Below, in pieces: positions 18,201 through 28,566 of a DNA stretch of 64,000 bases. The translations under genes and the position numbers were made by a program. Source of the DNA: an uncultured bacterium (GTDB lineage: Bacteria; Ratteibacteria; UBA8468; B48-G9; DSTR01); NCBI GenBank assembly GCA_964645405.1, contig CAZYCA010000044.1, positions 78,503 to 142,502 of the forward strand, in the 5' to 3' direction. The notes under the pieces are model-generated. The model saw only the letters and a program-made list of their open reading frames with translations, made no database searches and had not been told where the DNA came from. Positions within the stretch are counted from its first letter, which is position 1. Every line of letters starts with the position of its first letter.

Positions 18201-18654
18201 TGTAACGGAACTCTGTCAGTCTTCCTTTGACTAGTCCTTCTTTATCCGGTTCCCCGAGATAAAACAAGCAGGAAAAAATCTCATTGGAGAAAAAATATTT
18301 TTTCCCTTTTTCCATTTCTGCCAGGGTAGGTCCAGGTGAAAACTCATTTTTGACTGGCAGCAGTTTTACCCTTTTTCTCTCCTTGGGGTTCAAATCAACC
18401 AGGCCCACAATTTCTGTTTCCTCTGACGAAAAAACATCAATTTGTACAGGCAGGCTGACTTTTTCCTTAAGAGGGAAATTGCTGGTTTTTTCTGCAGCAG
18501 ACTTCACCTGTAAAACTACTGGTTGACCGCATACTGGAAAATCAAAGGGGTTGTAAAGGATAAATTCTTTCTCCTGGTTATTCCGGGCAATTCCAGGGGA
18601 AAGGAGAAAAAGATAGAGGGAAAAGGTCAGAAAGTACTTCTTTTCTCCTTTCAT
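15280..18654 (-). CDS. Giant secreted protein (1124 aa) with a DUF4091/GH123-like module
   Basis: Signal peptide MKGEKKYFLTFSLYLFLLSPGIARN. Module with GLYQGKIQIDCADSSFQIPVEMNVLPVVLPSG, then LYVRVGDEPADMDAW, then WNYTCKGG...GGGYWSHMW...FYPD. Confidence 0.6.
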   Translation of the reverse strand: MKGEKKYFLTFSLYLFLLSPGIARNNQEKEFILYNPFDFPVCGQPVVLQVKSAAEKTSNFPLKEKVSLPVQIDVFSSEETEIVGLVDLNPKERKRVKLLPVKNEFSPGPTLAEMEKGKKYFFSNEIFSCLFYLGEPDKEGLVKGRLTEFRYRNGQKTGVSSIEGFHLGFFQGKPDIRIISGPFRTTLLITGKSQLRYQNVEIIPGTTKSKISIYRQSPMIDLETLFVPEQNGSLYICGTGQLVVDTTTETWLVHSLDVKTRKPVSVVFGIPAKSQQNTGCCWSAVAGKVSAFSYVCDDLKSSFGAKKGEAGAYRSGLQWWIWNFNEKSNYINPHQFGTEYTAGKPVSLRMRLTLYPQLPEDVSFGEKDYLKFQTDFLAPHYVKEREVFSGRVAITATDRNKISKLLQEMDIAILSGDKMSKSSLYCAEKLAKAFQSPLLTAKNFSNFLNTQYPTYQCENLLLILVGTPEENTVVGANNPGYGFVDCYYPGPEKGRIVLIPDFLKTGLPVIYAGGQDISGVKLATEYLIQHFHLKPITCPQVRLLSPEMRVRPWMRRSKPEKVHITACQGQVEPVHLLLFFPEKQKIIRVQVTLKNANNSRIESEISHIYWTFPLLDSDGTVYPAARSIYLIGHPLPHRAPTYPLNIPEEKRPVYVCPEPNNDALWPGIPDQVPAESYLSLWFNFLIPDSAVPGLYQGKIQIDCADSSFQIPVEMNVLPVVLPSGWVMDLNLMYGLYSYRENSLALYLNLKPDEPCYEKALFQLGKLFSSHGVTVATVAGSGWGLYGLECFLKEKGMPCWDLTGMEKVISAYQKAGFSGRFEIVGHPNNLLPVARTMMKKLNLTEEEAFNLLADSLAASLKNKDYRDRLYVRVGDEPADMDAWVKAASFFRRAGLPVTVCHNRTSRKEIEKMIGTINIWCPNWIFLVTRYGRTMSEEEPTIFSQKFLQERKKEGEVVWNYTCKGGAPYADLRTTPTQIRFFLWDSFLKGCDGAVYYGGGYWSHMWSGGELGGKGVVELRDHFVFDVYANTDYPGGWPGGTTVFYPDASEKRIIGSQRLELFRQAQEDIKLLFLVKERLGQEKLKEMVAPVLAPEGERQSFYNITPERFQTVKTALRKALMESITH

Positions 18655-18670
18655 GGGCAGTTTTCCCTTA

Positions 18671-21600
18671 TCATCTCTGAGTTACCCAGAGATTTTGTAA
18701 TCTGATTGACGGAGAAGAAACTTTTTTCATTTCAGTGCCATAGACCAGACGGTCTCTCATCTCCAGAATTAACCTTTGCAAAACAAGGGGGAAATCCATT
18801 ATTCCGTCTCCACCTTCATACTTCCAGTTTCTATCTCTTGGGCCGTGGTAACCACCAGGGTAGCGACAAGGAAATCCCAGACGGATATTACACCAGCCAT
18901 CAAAGTTGATATAGGTTTGACTTTCCCAGTCTGAGACATTCCACCTGTCTGGTTCATAGCCGATAGAAATCCAGCGCTCTCCTTTGGCATCTTTAAACTC
19001 CCAGATGACCCGGCTCCAGCTACTGTTTCCCTTAATTACGAGCCCACAGGAATCTGCTGCAGTAGGTACAAGAATAGTCTTCTTTGGTTTTAAAATCAGA
19101 TACCGGGGACAGACAGCTGGGATCTCTGGCTGTGGCAGAAGAGTTACTTCTGTTACCGGTCCTTTCTTCTCGTCAAATACAGCGGAAATTGTACCTTTAC
19201 CAGCCCGGGCAGGATTGTCAAAGGCGTTTGTCTCCAGTTCCTCATCCGTTTCTGTCAGAAGCTGCCAGGATTCTGGTGAAGAAAAACTGTCTAAAATATA
19301 TACCTTTGCAGGAAGACTATCATCCAGGAAACTTTCACCTGCAGTAACAGAAACTACCTTTTCCGGACATATCAGATAGCCAGGCATGGCAGATACCTTT
19401 ATTGATACTGGCTGGTTATCAATTTTAACAGGGGTAACATTTCCCATACTGTCTATGAAGGTACTCTGGCACTGCCTTGCTGACTTGATTAACACCTGCC
19501 TTTCCCCTCTTAAAGTCCAGACAGCCAGGATTGTTTCTTTCCCGCGCTGGAACTGGAAAGCATAGAGACTGGTAGAACCTGTGTCCCATGCTTGCTGGTA
19601 TTTAGCCTGGTCCAGAACCCGGGTCAAAGTAGCCATCGCCACATAAGAAATTTTGGGGTATAAGAGAGGGTTTCTCATAAGGAAACCACTGGCACCATAG
19701 ATGGTGTAATAATAAGAATCAGCTACATCTTCCAGTAAACCGATATTAATACTGGGCATACCATAAGCCAGGGCATGGAGAGCATCTCTGACATAATAGG
19801 CAGCCTGGTCTTTCCAGGAAAGTGCACCAGGTTGGGTACAGCGGCAAATCCATTCAAAACCGGAAGAAACAGGTATGTCCTGGTAACCATAAATTTTTTT
19901 CATTTCCTGAAGCCACCAGACTTCCTGAAAGTTTCCTAATTCTGGTTGTCTTTCTGGCATTTTCCAGGCTGAAACTCCTTCTATACCAAAAGCATCAATA
20001 TACTCTTTCGGAAATTTTGCCCGCATAAACTGGATCATCAGAGGAGAGCTACTGTTACCAAAAGTAATTTTTACTCCAGGAAGTTTTTCCCGGTATAACC
20101 TGGCTGCTTCCAATGCCTGCTGCCAGAGTTTCTGGAATCTCTCGTTTTCTTCAGGTGTAAGTTCTGGTGCTGGTAGATTAAGAAGTTCCGGATAAAACAT
20201 CTGAGTCAGCCTGCCGGAAATACCTGTTTCATGGAAAATCATCGCCCATCTGACATGAGGATGTTTTGTAAAAAAAGTATTAACGATTTCCTCTCTCCTG
20301 GTTCCATACCAGGGAGCCATGGAATAGGAAAGTTTGTACTTAGCCAGTTGTTCACCAGAAAAATTTTTCCATCCTGAAGGACAGATGTGACGTATACCCA
20401 TCTTCTGGAGAAGCGGACCAACAGTATCAAGGGAGGCACAACCACCATGAGTACTACCAAACCACCAGACCCCAAAGGGTGATTCCAGACCAGCCTTTCT
20501 GGTATCGGCAGGAAGCAAGGCATAGAAAAAAGGTTCTTCCCAGATTTTTTCTCCTTCTTTATTTTTAATGGTTATTCTTGCCTGAAACCAGCCAGGATTT
20601 TTCTGACTTAAGTCCACTTCTATGATGTTATCGTTTTTTTCCGGGGAAGCTGGCAGAAAAACAGGAATATTTCTGGTTGTCTTCTGGTTATAGAAATCTT
20701 CTGTAGTCAGAATGAGGGAACCGGAGAAAGGAATCTTCTGATTGTTTTTCAAAATGACCTGGAGAGAAGGTTTTTTCTCATCCGCAAAGATAAAATCTCC
20801 ATGTTTTGTCCTGAGCTTTACTTCTACTGGACTTTCTTTCAGGGTCAGAGCCAGAACATGTACACTGCTGGGTAGTCCTAAAGGTTTAAGGGAACAGTTC
20901 TGGTAAGCGAAAAAATGGACAGCGGTACGAATCTCTTTTGTAAGTTCCAGATCCAGAAAATCACCTTCCCGGCCAAACTTGGGGAAATTGTCTCCCAGTA
21001 AATCAGAAATCTGACCTGCTGGTAAATCTACAGAAACAAGCCATAAAGGGATTTGGACTTCCTTTTTTCCCAGTATAATAGTAGCCTGTCCGGCTTTGCG
21101 GATATTTTCTGATGGTGACTGGGAATCCTCAGGGAGATAAACAACAGTGTCAGCAAAGGCATCACCTCGACCACCGCTATCCCCGTAGTGGTTACCAAAA
21201 CGGGTTAACCGCAGTCCCAGGGCCGGTACCTTATTCTTATTCGGCTCTACCAGGCAAAGAAGGTAAGCCTTCTGGTAAAAACGCTTTGGAATTCTGAAGA
21301 TGATACTTTCCGGATTGCCATCAAAGGCACTTCTGGTAGTATAGTTGTCGCAGAAGTCTGCCGGGTCAATACCCTCTTCCAGCCACCGGGAGAGGCCAAC
21401 GTCAATGTGCTTGTTCCAGGCAGCCACCTTCAGGGGAATACTGGAAAAGGTATCTTCCTGGATATTGAGGAACTTTAATTCCAGGCTACCTGGCCGGCCA
21501 TAATACTCAATTTCTAAAGGAAGAAAATCATTTTGTCTGATAGTTTTTTTCTTCTGAAAACCGATAATAAGACATCCCGGGGAAACTTCTAACAAGGTAG

Positions 21601-22138
21601 AATTTTTGTCCGGCGGTCCAGGAATAAAATTTATAAACCTGCCGTCCAGCCATACTTCCATACCTTCAGAATGAACATCCAGTCTTAACTGGAAAGGATG
21701 TTTTGTGGCAGGGGTAAAAAGATGGTATTTGGCTAATACCTGGTTTTGCTCCTCGAATACGTGTCTGTCAACAAACTGGTAAAACCAGCCACCTTTTCTT
21801 TTCTCGCCGACATAAAAGTAAGGGTTTGGTTTAATATAGTAATTCTGCTGGAGAGAAGGTTTCCCTGAAGTTGCCAAATCAAAAATCAGGCAGGATTCTT
21901 TTGTCTCTCTGGGAAGGTGTAAAGAAAATGAGCTACGTACGCCAGCCTGAGACCAGGAAACAACAAGGGTGGCATTTTCCTTTAAAAGAGAACCTTCCAG
22001 GACAACTCCTTCCCCGGTTTCTGGTAAAGAAAAATGGTAGCGGCTTTTCTCAGAAACCTGGAGGGGAAGGTCAGGTATCTGGGCGAAGACACAAACTAAA
22101 GGTAAAAAAAATAGCAGCAGGAAGAATATTCTGTTCAT
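18671..22138 (-). CDS. Giant secreted protein (1155 aa), glycoside-hydrolase-like. Different architecture; no clear DEP motif
   Basis: Signal peptide [21 protein letters not shown]-terminal half resembles a TIM-barrel GH (AMIFHETG...EGVSAW) followed by beta-sandwich domains. Its stop overlaps the upstream start by ATGA. Confidence 0.45.
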   Translation of the reverse strand: MNRIFFLLLFFLPLVCVFAQIPDLPLQVSEKSRYHFSLPETGEGVVLEGSLLKENATLVVSWSQAGVRSSFSLHLPRETKESCLIFDLATSGKPSLQQNYYIKPNPYFYVGEKRKGGWFYQFVDRHVFEEQNQVLAKYHLFTPATKHPFQLRLDVHSEGMEVWLDGRFINFIPGPPDKNSTLLEVSPGCLIIGFQKKKTIRQNDFLPLEIEYYGRPGSLELKFLNIQEDTFSSIPLKVAAWNKHIDVGLSRWLEEGIDPADFCDNYTTRSAFDGNPESIIFRIPKRFYQKAYLLCLVEPNKNKVPALGLRLTRFGNHYGDSGGRGDAFADTVVYLPEDSQSPSENIRKAGQATIILGKKEVQIPLWLVSVDLPAGQISDLLGDNFPKFGREGDFLDLELTKEIRTAVHFFAYQNCSLKPLGLPSSVHVLALTLKESPVEVKLRTKHGDFIFADEKKPSLQVILKNNQKIPFSGSLILTTEDFYNQKTTRNIPVFLPASPEKNDNIIEVDLSQKNPGWFQARITIKNKEGEKIWEEPFFYALLPADTRKAGLESPFGVWWFGSTHGGCASLDTVGPLLQKMGIRHICPSGWKNFSGEQLAKYKLSYSMAPWYGTRREEIVNTFFTKHPHVRWAMIFHETGISGRLTQMFYPELLNLPAPELTPEENERFQKLWQQALEAARLYREKLPGVKITFGNSSSPLMIQFMRAKFPKEYIDAFGIEGVSAWKMPERQPELGNFQEVWWLQEMKKIYGYQDIPVSSGFEWICRCTQPGALSWKDQAAYYVRDALHALAYGMPSINIGLLEDVADSYYYTIYGASGFLMRNPLLYPKISYVAMATLTRVLDQAKYQQAWDTGSTSLYAFQFQRGKETILAVWTLRGERQVLIKSARQCQSTFIDSMGNVTPVKIDNQPVSIKVSAMPGYLICPEKVVSVTAGESFLDDSLPAKVYILDSFSSPESWQLLTETDEELETNAFDNPARAGKGTISAVFDEKKGPVTEVTLLPQPEIPAVCPRYLILKPKKTILVPTAADSCGLVIKGNSSWSRVIWEFKDAKGERWISIGYEPDRWNVSDWESQTYINFDGWCNIRLGFPCRYPGGYHGPRDRNWKYEGGDGIMDFPLVLQRLILEMRDRLVYGTEMKKVSSPSIRLQNLWVTQR

Positions 22139-25100
22139 CTATCCTCCTTGTTTCCCAGGATTAACTGATAAAGTCTGGAACGGGCTTCATTCCAGCTGTC
22201 CATTTTCTGGCTATAGCCATATTTGTAAGGAACAACTGCTTCCAGTATTTGTTGAAGTTGACTGTTTAACTGGCTGGCTTTTTCCTTTTCTCCTTTTTCT
22301 TTTAAATCATGAATTTTTTTCTCCAGCTGCTCCAGCAGTTTCATATCCTGGATTCCTTCGGCTTCCAGCTGCCGGCGTGTAGTATCCAGGATGGTGCCAT
22401 CAGGAAGAAAAGCAATCCGGTGGTCAAGACCATGGTCATAACGGAAGGGGACAGGCTGGATATGGATATTACAATGCAAAGCAGCATAGTTTAAGGCACC
22501 ATCAAATTTCCATTTCTTAGTTAGCCAGTAGAAGGGTAGATTGTCAACAGGTTGACCTGTGATTCTGGTGGGTGGAACCCCACAGCAGTACCACCAGACT
22601 TCTTCTCCTACTTTCTGTCTTTCCTGGAAAAATGGACGGAGAACATTATGCTGGTAGTTAGGACACCATGGTTCCATGATACCAGAAGCTACCTCTATCT
22701 CCGGGTAGTTTCCTGAATGGCAGGTCATGGTGCGTAGTCCGGACAAGCGATAGGGTTTTGCCCACTCTACCCATTCTTTTATATCACGTGGTTCATCACT
22801 TACTTTCAGAATAAATCTTTCCAGCCTTCCTGTTTTTTCAACAAACGCAGCCAGCTGCTCAGCGAACATTTTTTGACATCCACCATTATGCCAGTGGCTG
22901 ACACCAACAAGCTCTCCAGAAATCTTTCCGGTGTCATGTGTTAACTGAGAAAGAAAGAAAGGTGGTGGCAGATTCTCTTTTCTATAAACCTCTTCTATAA
23001 TTTGCATCTGTTCTTTTAGTAGGGAAAAATCAACCGTAAAAGGATACTCCCGGTTTTCTTCTGAAAAAGCAACTATTTTACCTATTTCCAGTTCTTTCCC
23101 TTTCTGGTGGAAAAAACGCATTTTTTTCACTTTCTCTGACAGGCCGGTGAAGAAAAGTCCGTACCAGGAAGGTTCAGTGTTAGTTCCTTTAGGATATGGT
23201 AAAAGGTCTAATCTTTTCCATATTCCCTGATTTCCACAGACCTCCACTACTAAATCTTCCGGAGAAGTAACCCTGACTGCCAGTCCTGCCTGTCTTATTT
23301 TTAATGGTGAAGCAAACTCCACTGTAAGAATACTACCTTCCGGAACTTTTTTACCTCCTGCGGTGTAGACAGCCCAGTTCTCAGATTCAGCAGTTTGTGC
23401 GCTGGTTATTGCTTGCCTGACCGGTTCTATTCCTTCCTCACATTCCCAGGTAAGCAGCATTGGCAGACTGACTACACTTACGCTATGCCGGGCTTCGTTT
23501 TCTGCCAGAGATTTTGTTGCCTTTTTCCATTCTTCTGTCCCTGGAGGGAAAAACCAGGGCACAGCAGCAAAACTCATTGTTTTTACTCTGGAAAACGAAG
23601 GTAACTGTATGGGTAAGACGTTTACTCTTACAGGAACTGATTCCTGATAGTTTTGCCCGGAAACAACAATTTCTCCGTGATAGATACCCGGTCGGGTAAA
23701 CGTGGTTGTTTTTACTGTTAGCCAGATGCCTGTTGATGTCTTTCCGGGTAAAGAAATGGGAAAATCTACCAGAAAATTTGGTAGTCTCAGGTCCCCAAAA
23801 AATGGTTCCCATTCATAAAAACCAACTGCCCGCAGTTTCACCTCACCGGAAAAATCACCCTGGTCAGAGACAAGTTTCCTGCAGGACGCAGATAAAGAAA
23901 CAATATTTTTGTTTGCGGTGATACCAAGCTGAAGGGAACGAGTGTCATTTTGTCCCAGGGTAAGAGATAGGATTTCAGGTTTTCTTCTTTCTGGATGTAA
24001 CTGCCAGGGATAAACAACTTCTAAAACGTCAGAGGAGAAAAGACGGAAGGGTTTATCTGACAGCAGGGGAGATTTAATCTTTCCGAGAAGTCGTCTCCCG
24101 GCAGCAACCACAGCTTCAGGAGTTTCTCCAGTAACAAAAAGCCAGTGAATGCTGGCGTCGCTGTTTTTGTACCAGCCGACCACCCCTTCTTTGTTATTGA
24201 GAAAATTGGCATCAGACCAGATACCTTTTGCTGCCAGCAGCTGACGGCAGTAACGATGTGTCAGTGGCGTGCCAATAGCCAAAACAACCCCAGGATAGAG
24301 GTTAAGACCGATATCATCAGAAACCAGGTAAACACTGGCTTTTTCAGCAATTTCTCTGGCTATTTCCAGTTCTTCTTTTGTGCCCATTTTGGGATAAACA
24401 ATAACAATTTCTCTCCGGCTGATAGCATCAGCCACAGTCTCCAGGTCCTCAGAAAGAAGTGGAGGTTTTAATGGTTTAAAGGCTGGAAGTTCTTCTCCAG
24501 GTTGAGAATGGGGCAGCAACTGGATATTTTTTACTATCGGGCTTAGTTCTCCCCGGACAGAATCAGACTTCAGAATAAACTTTGCCTGGCAGACGGTAAG
24601 AGGAAATGTGGTAGCAGAAGGTATCTTTATTACCTTACCGGGTTCGGTAACAGGACCCAACCAGCAGGTCCAGTTTTTTCCATTTCCGAACCGCACCAGA
24701 GCAAAAAGTTGTGTTTTCCCCTTCACTTTCACTCCATGTATTTCGCAGTCTCCGGCCCCGTAAGTATCCTGTTTTGCCGGGAAGATTTCATTTTCCAGCC
24801 AGAGGTAGTGCCTGCCAGAAGGTAGATTATCTGCCAGAAGATGTTCTGATTTTTCTTTTTCCGGATGCAAGATAAGTCCGGAATGGCCGGTATCCAGAAA
24901 CCATCTAATTTTGCCCGTGCCAGAGACTAAAAGGGAAGCATTATCACCACAAAATTCAATTCCTGCCTGGCCACCAATCTGCCGCAGCAGAACAGATTTT
25001 CTTTTCAGCCAGGGTGTCTGCCAGCGCATGATGGGAAAGCCGCGGAATGACTCCATCTGAGGAGTATAAATAATTTCTTTTTCTTTTTCCTCGCATTCCC

Positions 25101-27108
25101 AATTTAAGGAAATACCCTTTATCCCCGGGGATAGACTTACTTCCTTTACCAGGCAGCCTTCCAGGGCGAAAGCAGTAGAGTACGCTTCCAGTTCTTTCAC
25201 CCCTGTTTTTAAACCCAGGCTGGAAGAAAGTTCCAGTTTTATACAGGCAACCCCGTGGACAGGATTGATTTGTAAGGTAACCTCTTTCCCCGGATAGAGA
25301 CTTTTTGTCCGGAATTGCTCCCAGAAGTTCCAGTCCCTTTCATACCGGCTGATGGTCTTTCCTGAAATGTCAAGAAAACTAATGGTGAAATAAGTATATT
25401 CTTCCAGGATGATGACCAGTTTTTCTATACTTGCTACCCGGGGAAGACTGACCATCAAAACTGCAGGAAGGTTTTCTGGTTGCCAGGATGTTTCCCTTTT
25501 CCCATCTATTGCCAGGCTGCCATTGCCGCTGGAACAGGTAAAGGCAGCATCCTTCAGAAGATTCTTACTGGCAGGAAAATTAGCCAGAGCAATTTCTTCT
25601 CCAGCAAGAATAATAGTTTCAGGCGTTTCTGGTAAAGGTGGTAAAGAACAAGAAGGTGTTTTCAAAAACGATTTTTCCGGTGTTGAATTTCTGGGTAACG
25701 GTCCCTGGACAATCTTTGTTTCCCCGTTTAACACAGAGAGGAACCATTCTGCTGCCGTGGCAGCCTGGCAGGTAGGGCAAAACCTGACTGCCTGCTCGAG
25801 GTTTTTAATGGCAGTTTCTTTATCAATACACCAGCTACCCCTTCCCGCCTTGAAAAAGTAATCACTGGCAGCATCAGCCAGATTGAGTCTCCTGCACATT
25901 TTGGCACAAAACATCATTACTTCCACCATCAATCCGGGCCGGGTGTCTAAAAAAGGTAGCTGTGCCAGTTGCTTGATTTTATGGCCATCGCGGTGAATGT
26001 CGCCAGCATTTTTTTCCAGATATTTTTTTATCAGATAAATGCTTTCTGTTTTTCCTTTCAGAAAGCTACTGATATGAGCGTAATAGTCTTCAGCTATTCT
26101 TCCAGAAGGCATCACTTCCAGGGCAAAACTGAGGAAAGGAATCTGTCGGGCAGAAGATAAACCTTGAATTTCTTTGAGAAAATCCTTCCAGAAAGGTTCT
26201 GTCACTCCGGCAGGTTGTTTTTTGATTTCTTCAAGTATTTTTAAGGCATCCTGATACTGCTTTGCACCAAATAACTGGTGGATGGAGGAAAGAATTTCCT
26301 TCAGTTTCTGAGCAGTGTTCTTCTCTATCTCTTCCATTTCCTTTAATTTCTGACTGGAATTTTCGTCTCCTGACTTGCTTTGCAAAAAAAGCAACCTTTT
26401 TAAAGCATTCCACCTTTCTGGGGTCTGTTCCTGGTAACGGTCAAGAAAACGTTTCAGCTCAGGAATGGCTTTTTCTGCTGGAACCGTGGAAGTGTAACAG
26501 TCGAGAAAGGACCAGAGAAATACTCTACTGTAAGGATAGGTACCACAGACTTCTTCTCCCCTTCTGGCAAGAATATATTTTTCTTCTGGTGAGAGAGGCA
26601 GACTGGCAATTGTATTCTGGGTTAAGGAAAGCATCCAGGAAGCATGCTGACAGTTGTCCAGGAAAACCAGCAAACAATCTTTTCTTATGTCTTCAGGTAA
26701 ATTACGGTCAATAACAATTCTTACTAACTGGTAAAGCAGGCTGGCCTTCAAACTACCATAGTCAGGATAATCCTTACAGAATTTTGCAAACCCCTCTGCA
26801 AAATTCAGGTACCTGCCTGATGCAAATAAGGAAGAGAGAAAAGTATTTGCTGACCAGGCTGGCCATTGAGTTTCCGGGTAAACATTAGCCAGGTACTTCC
26901 AGCGGGAGAAAAGTTGCTCAGGAGTGAGACCTTTTTCCAGAATAATTTCTTCATAAATTCTTTTTGCCTGGTCCTGCCGGGCTAAATTGTGTTCCGGGTC
27001 GCTGAAACAGTTTCCGCAGAGGAAACTGCCAAGAAAAAATGGCAAGTAAGAAAAACACTGCTTCTTCATTATTCTTTGCTTAAAGCTAACCTGGTGAAAA
27101 GCTACCAC
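22135..27108 (-). CDS. Giant secreted multidomain protein (1657 aa): alpha-helical repeat N-domain, discoidin (F5/8 type C) domain, C-terminal DUF4091/GH123-like module
   Basis: Signal peptide [23 protein letters not shown]. About 450 aa of helical, TPR-like sequence. Discoidin-like [31 protein letters not shown]-terminal [30 protein letters not shown], then [14 protein letters not shown], then WYCCGVPP. Confidence 0.6.
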   Translation of the reverse strand: MVAFHQVSFKQRIMKKQCFSYLPFFLGSFLCGNCFSDPEHNLARQDQAKRIYEEIILEKGLTPEQLFSRWKYLANVYPETQWPAWSANTFLSSLFASGRYLNFAEGFAKFCKDYPDYGSLKASLLYQLVRIVIDRNLPEDIRKDCLLVFLDNCQHASWMLSLTQNTIASLPLSPEEKYILARRGEEVCGTYPYSRVFLWSFLDCYTSTVPAEKAIPELKRFLDRYQEQTPERWNALKRLLFLQSKSGDENSSQKLKEMEEIEKNTAQKLKEILSSIHQLFGAKQYQDALKILEEIKKQPAGVTEPFWKDFLKEIQGLSSARQIPFLSFALEVMPSGRIAEDYYAHISSFLKGKTESIYLIKKYLEKNAGDIHRDGHKIKQLAQLPFLDTRPGLMVEVMMFCAKMCRRLNLADAASDYFFKAGRGSWCIDKETAIKNLEQAVRFCPTCQAATAAEWFLSVLNGETKIVQGPLPRNSTPEKSFLKTPSCSLPPLPETPETIILAGEEIALANFPASKNLLKDAAFTCSSGNGSLAIDGKRETSWQPENLPAVLMVSLPRVASIEKLVIILEEYTYFTISFLDISGKTISRYERDWNFWEQFRTKSLYPGKEVTLQINPVHGVACIKLELSSSLGLKTGVKELEAYSTAFALEGCLVKEVSLSPGIKGISLNWECEEKEKEIIYTPQMESFRGFPIMRWQTPWLKRKSVLLRQIGGQAGIEFCGDNASLLVSGTGKIRWFLDTGHSGLILHPEKEKSEHLLADNLPSGRHYLWLENEIFPAKQDTYGAGDCEIHGVKVKGKTQLFALVRFGNGKNWTCWLGPVTEPGKVIKIPSATTFPLTVCQAKFILKSDSVRGELSPIVKNIQLLPHSQPGEELPAFKPLKPPLLSEDLETVADAISRREIVIVYPKMGTKEELEIAREIAEKASVYLVSDDIGLNLYPGVVLAIGTPLTHRYCRQLLAAKGIWSDANFLNNKEGVVGWYKNSDASIHWLFVTGETPEAVVAAGRRLLGKIKSPLLSDKPFRLFSSDVLEVVYPWQLHPERRKPEILSLTLGQNDTRSLQLGITANKNIVSLSASCRKLVSDQGDFSGEVKLRAVGFYEWEPFFGDLRLPNFLVDFPISLPGKTSTGIWLTVKTTTFTRPGIYHGEIVVSGQNYQESVPVRVNVLPIQLPSFSRVKTMSFAAVPWFFPPGTEEWKKATKSLAENEARHSVSVVSLPMLLTWECEEGIEPVRQAITSAQTAESENWAVYTAGGKKVPEGSILTVEFASPLKIRQAGLAVRVTSPEDLVVEVCGNQGIWKRLDLLPYPKGTNTEPSWYGLFFTGLSEKVKKMRFFHQKGKELEIGKIVAFSEENREYPFTVDFSLLKEQMQIIEEVYRKENLPPPFFLSQLTHDTGKISGELVGVSHWHNGGCQKMFAEQLAAFVEKTGRLERFILKVSDEPRDIKEWVEWAKPYRLSGLRTMTCHSGNYPEIEVASGIMEPWCPNYQHNVLRPFFQERQKVGEEVWWYCCGVPPTRITGQPVDNLPFYWLTKKWKFDGALNYAALHCNIHIQPVPFRYDHGLDHRIAFLPDGTILDTTRRQLEAEGIQDMKLLEQLEKKIHDLKEKGEKEKASQLNSQLQQILEAVVPYKYGYSQKMDSWNEARSRLYQLILGNKEDR

Positions 27109-27854
27109 ATTCTGAATTTAGTACTCCAGGGACCATCATCTGTGCCAGAATTGGGCACTGGTGGTGTCACGTATTCTGCATGGCCATCAGCAAACAGAAT
27201 GTTTACACCGTAAAAATGGTGTCTTGCCCACCAGTCCACCACCGGCCGACCAACCGTGGTACTGGCAAAACTTCTGGGTAGCCTGACTATGTACTGGCTG
27301 AAATCTCCGAGGACAAAAAATCTGCTGGGTTCCGGTAACCGGCCAAGTCTTCTGGGACCGGTACCACCTGTTCCCCACCAGTTCCTTCCAAACTGAAGGG
27401 TAAAATTATAGCCATAACTGTGGCCCAGCCAGGAAATGGCAGTACTTGGCCAGCTTGTCGGACACTGAAACTGAGGGATAAACCTGTCAATAGAAGTTGG
27501 CAGAGTGGAATCATGGCAGGTTTTTCCTGTCAGATCTAATTTCGGGTCCAGATAATGAGCAATCTGTAACATCCAGTGAGCCCAGTATTCAGTATTATTC
27601 GGGTAGGTGCCACCAATCCTGGCCGGGTCCCAGGTTACTACGGGAAAATAATCATCATTGTCCTGAAGATACAGGAAAATTGCCAGTCCCATCTGTTTGC
27701 AGTTATTAAGGCAGGCAGCACGTCTGGCATTTTCTCTGGCTCTTTCCAGCACAGGTAAAAGAATGGCAGCTAAAATGGCAATGATGGCAATTACCACTAA
27801 CAATTCAATCAGGGTAAATCCATTTTTCACCCATAATTTTTTTCTGTCCATTTT
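27102..27854 (-). CDS. Prepilin-type N-terminal cleavage/methylation domain protein, DUF1559/H-X9-DG family (pseudopilin-like)
   Basis: Preferred start [11 protein letters not shown]|[24 protein letters not shown] (class III signal peptide, Glu at +5). C-terminal [13 protein letters not shown] matches H-X9-DG. The ORF-track start at 27932 would overlap the next gene. Confidence 0.7.
   Translation of the reverse strand, partial: KMDRKKLWVKNGFTLIELLVVIAIIAILAAILLPVLERARENARRAACLNNCKQMGLAIFLYLQDNDDYFPVVTWDPARIGGTYPNNTEYWAHWMLQIAHYLDPKLDLTGKTCHDSTLPTSIDRFIPQFQCPTSWPSTAISWLGHSYGYNFTLQFGRNWWGTGGTGPRRLGRLPEPSRFFVLGDFSQYIVRLPRSFASTTVGRPVVDWWARHHFYGVNILFADGHAEYVTPPVPNSGTDDGPWSTKFRMW
27720..27822 (-). 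repeat. About 100-nt segment roughly 80% identical to 28447-28548 (5' ends of the two tandem pseudopilin paralogues)
   Basis: Pairwise comparison by eye: ...ggtaaaagaatggcagctaaaatggcaatgatggcaattaccactaacaattcaatcagggtaaa... versus ...ggcaaaagcaaagcggctaaaatggcgatgatcgcaattaccactaataactcaatcaaagtaaaa... Confidence 0.5.
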
Positions 27855-27861
27855 TTCCTCC

Positions 27862-28566
27862 TCATTCAACAAAGGTAAACGGGTTATAAAGAACACCAAT
27901 ACCGGTGGTGGGATTATCAATGCTTTGTTCAATGTTAGGACCTGCTACCCACTGGACCCGGCCATCCATAAAAAGCACATTTACTCCCTGCCAGCCATGA
28001 TTCAGGTAGGCACCGGTGATTCTTGGCTGGTAAGCACTGGCAGTCGTATCCTGCTTTGCTTTCCAGATAGAACTACGTTTGTCAAACGTGTAGTACCACT
28101 TATCGCTTTCATCTATTAAGAGGGCAAACTTCTGGAAGTAGGGGTCACTGCTGACCTGAAGCTGGATGGCATAGGCGTAAGAACAGTGGTTTCTTTTATC
28201 CTTTCCGGTGGGACATCCTCCCGGACAGTTCTGGGAAATACGGGTATTGCGGCCGATATGGTCGTAGGTGCGGGCTGAAGGGCAGACAAAAACTCCGGCA
28301 GATTTCAGATACCCTTCTGTCTGTAGCATCGCCAGAGAACGCAGCATATTCAGGCTGTTGGGCCAGGAAGGAAAAAATCCTCCAAAATCCTGGGCATACA
28401 TAGTTAAAGATGTGCCCAGTTGTTTCAGGTTACTCGTACAGACGCCACGTCGCGCGTTTTCTCTTGCCCGGCCCAGGACAGGCAAAAGCAAAGCGGCTAA
28501 AATGGCGATGATCGCAATTACCACTAATAACTCAATCAAAGTAAAACCTTTACTGTCTGTCTTCAC
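27862..28566 (-). CDS. Prepilin-type N-terminal cleavage/methylation domain protein, DUF1559-like (second tandem paralogue)
   Basis: N-terminus MKTDSKG|[34 protein letters not shown]-terminal [19 protein letters not shown]. Its start overlaps the regulator stop (28563-28566). Confidence 0.7.
   Translation of the reverse strand: MKTDSKGFTLIELLVVIAIIAILAALLLPVLGRARENARRGVCTSNLKQLGTSLTMYAQDFGGFFPSWPNSLNMLRSLAMLQTEGYLKSAGVFVCPSARTYDHIGRNTRISQNCPGGCPTGKDKRNHCSYAYAIQLQVSSDPYFQKFALLIDESDKWYYTFDKRSSIWKAKQDTTASAYQPRITGAYLNHGWQGVNVLFMDGRVQWVAGPNIEQSIDNPTTGIGVLYNPFTFVE

Noticed and set aside
25409-25861. 150-aa plus-strand ORF (and other 60-110 aa ORFs) inside the 1657-aa giant gene
   Set aside because: They are antisense to a continuous 4.97-kb ORF with signal peptide and domain signatures, and they have no independent support.
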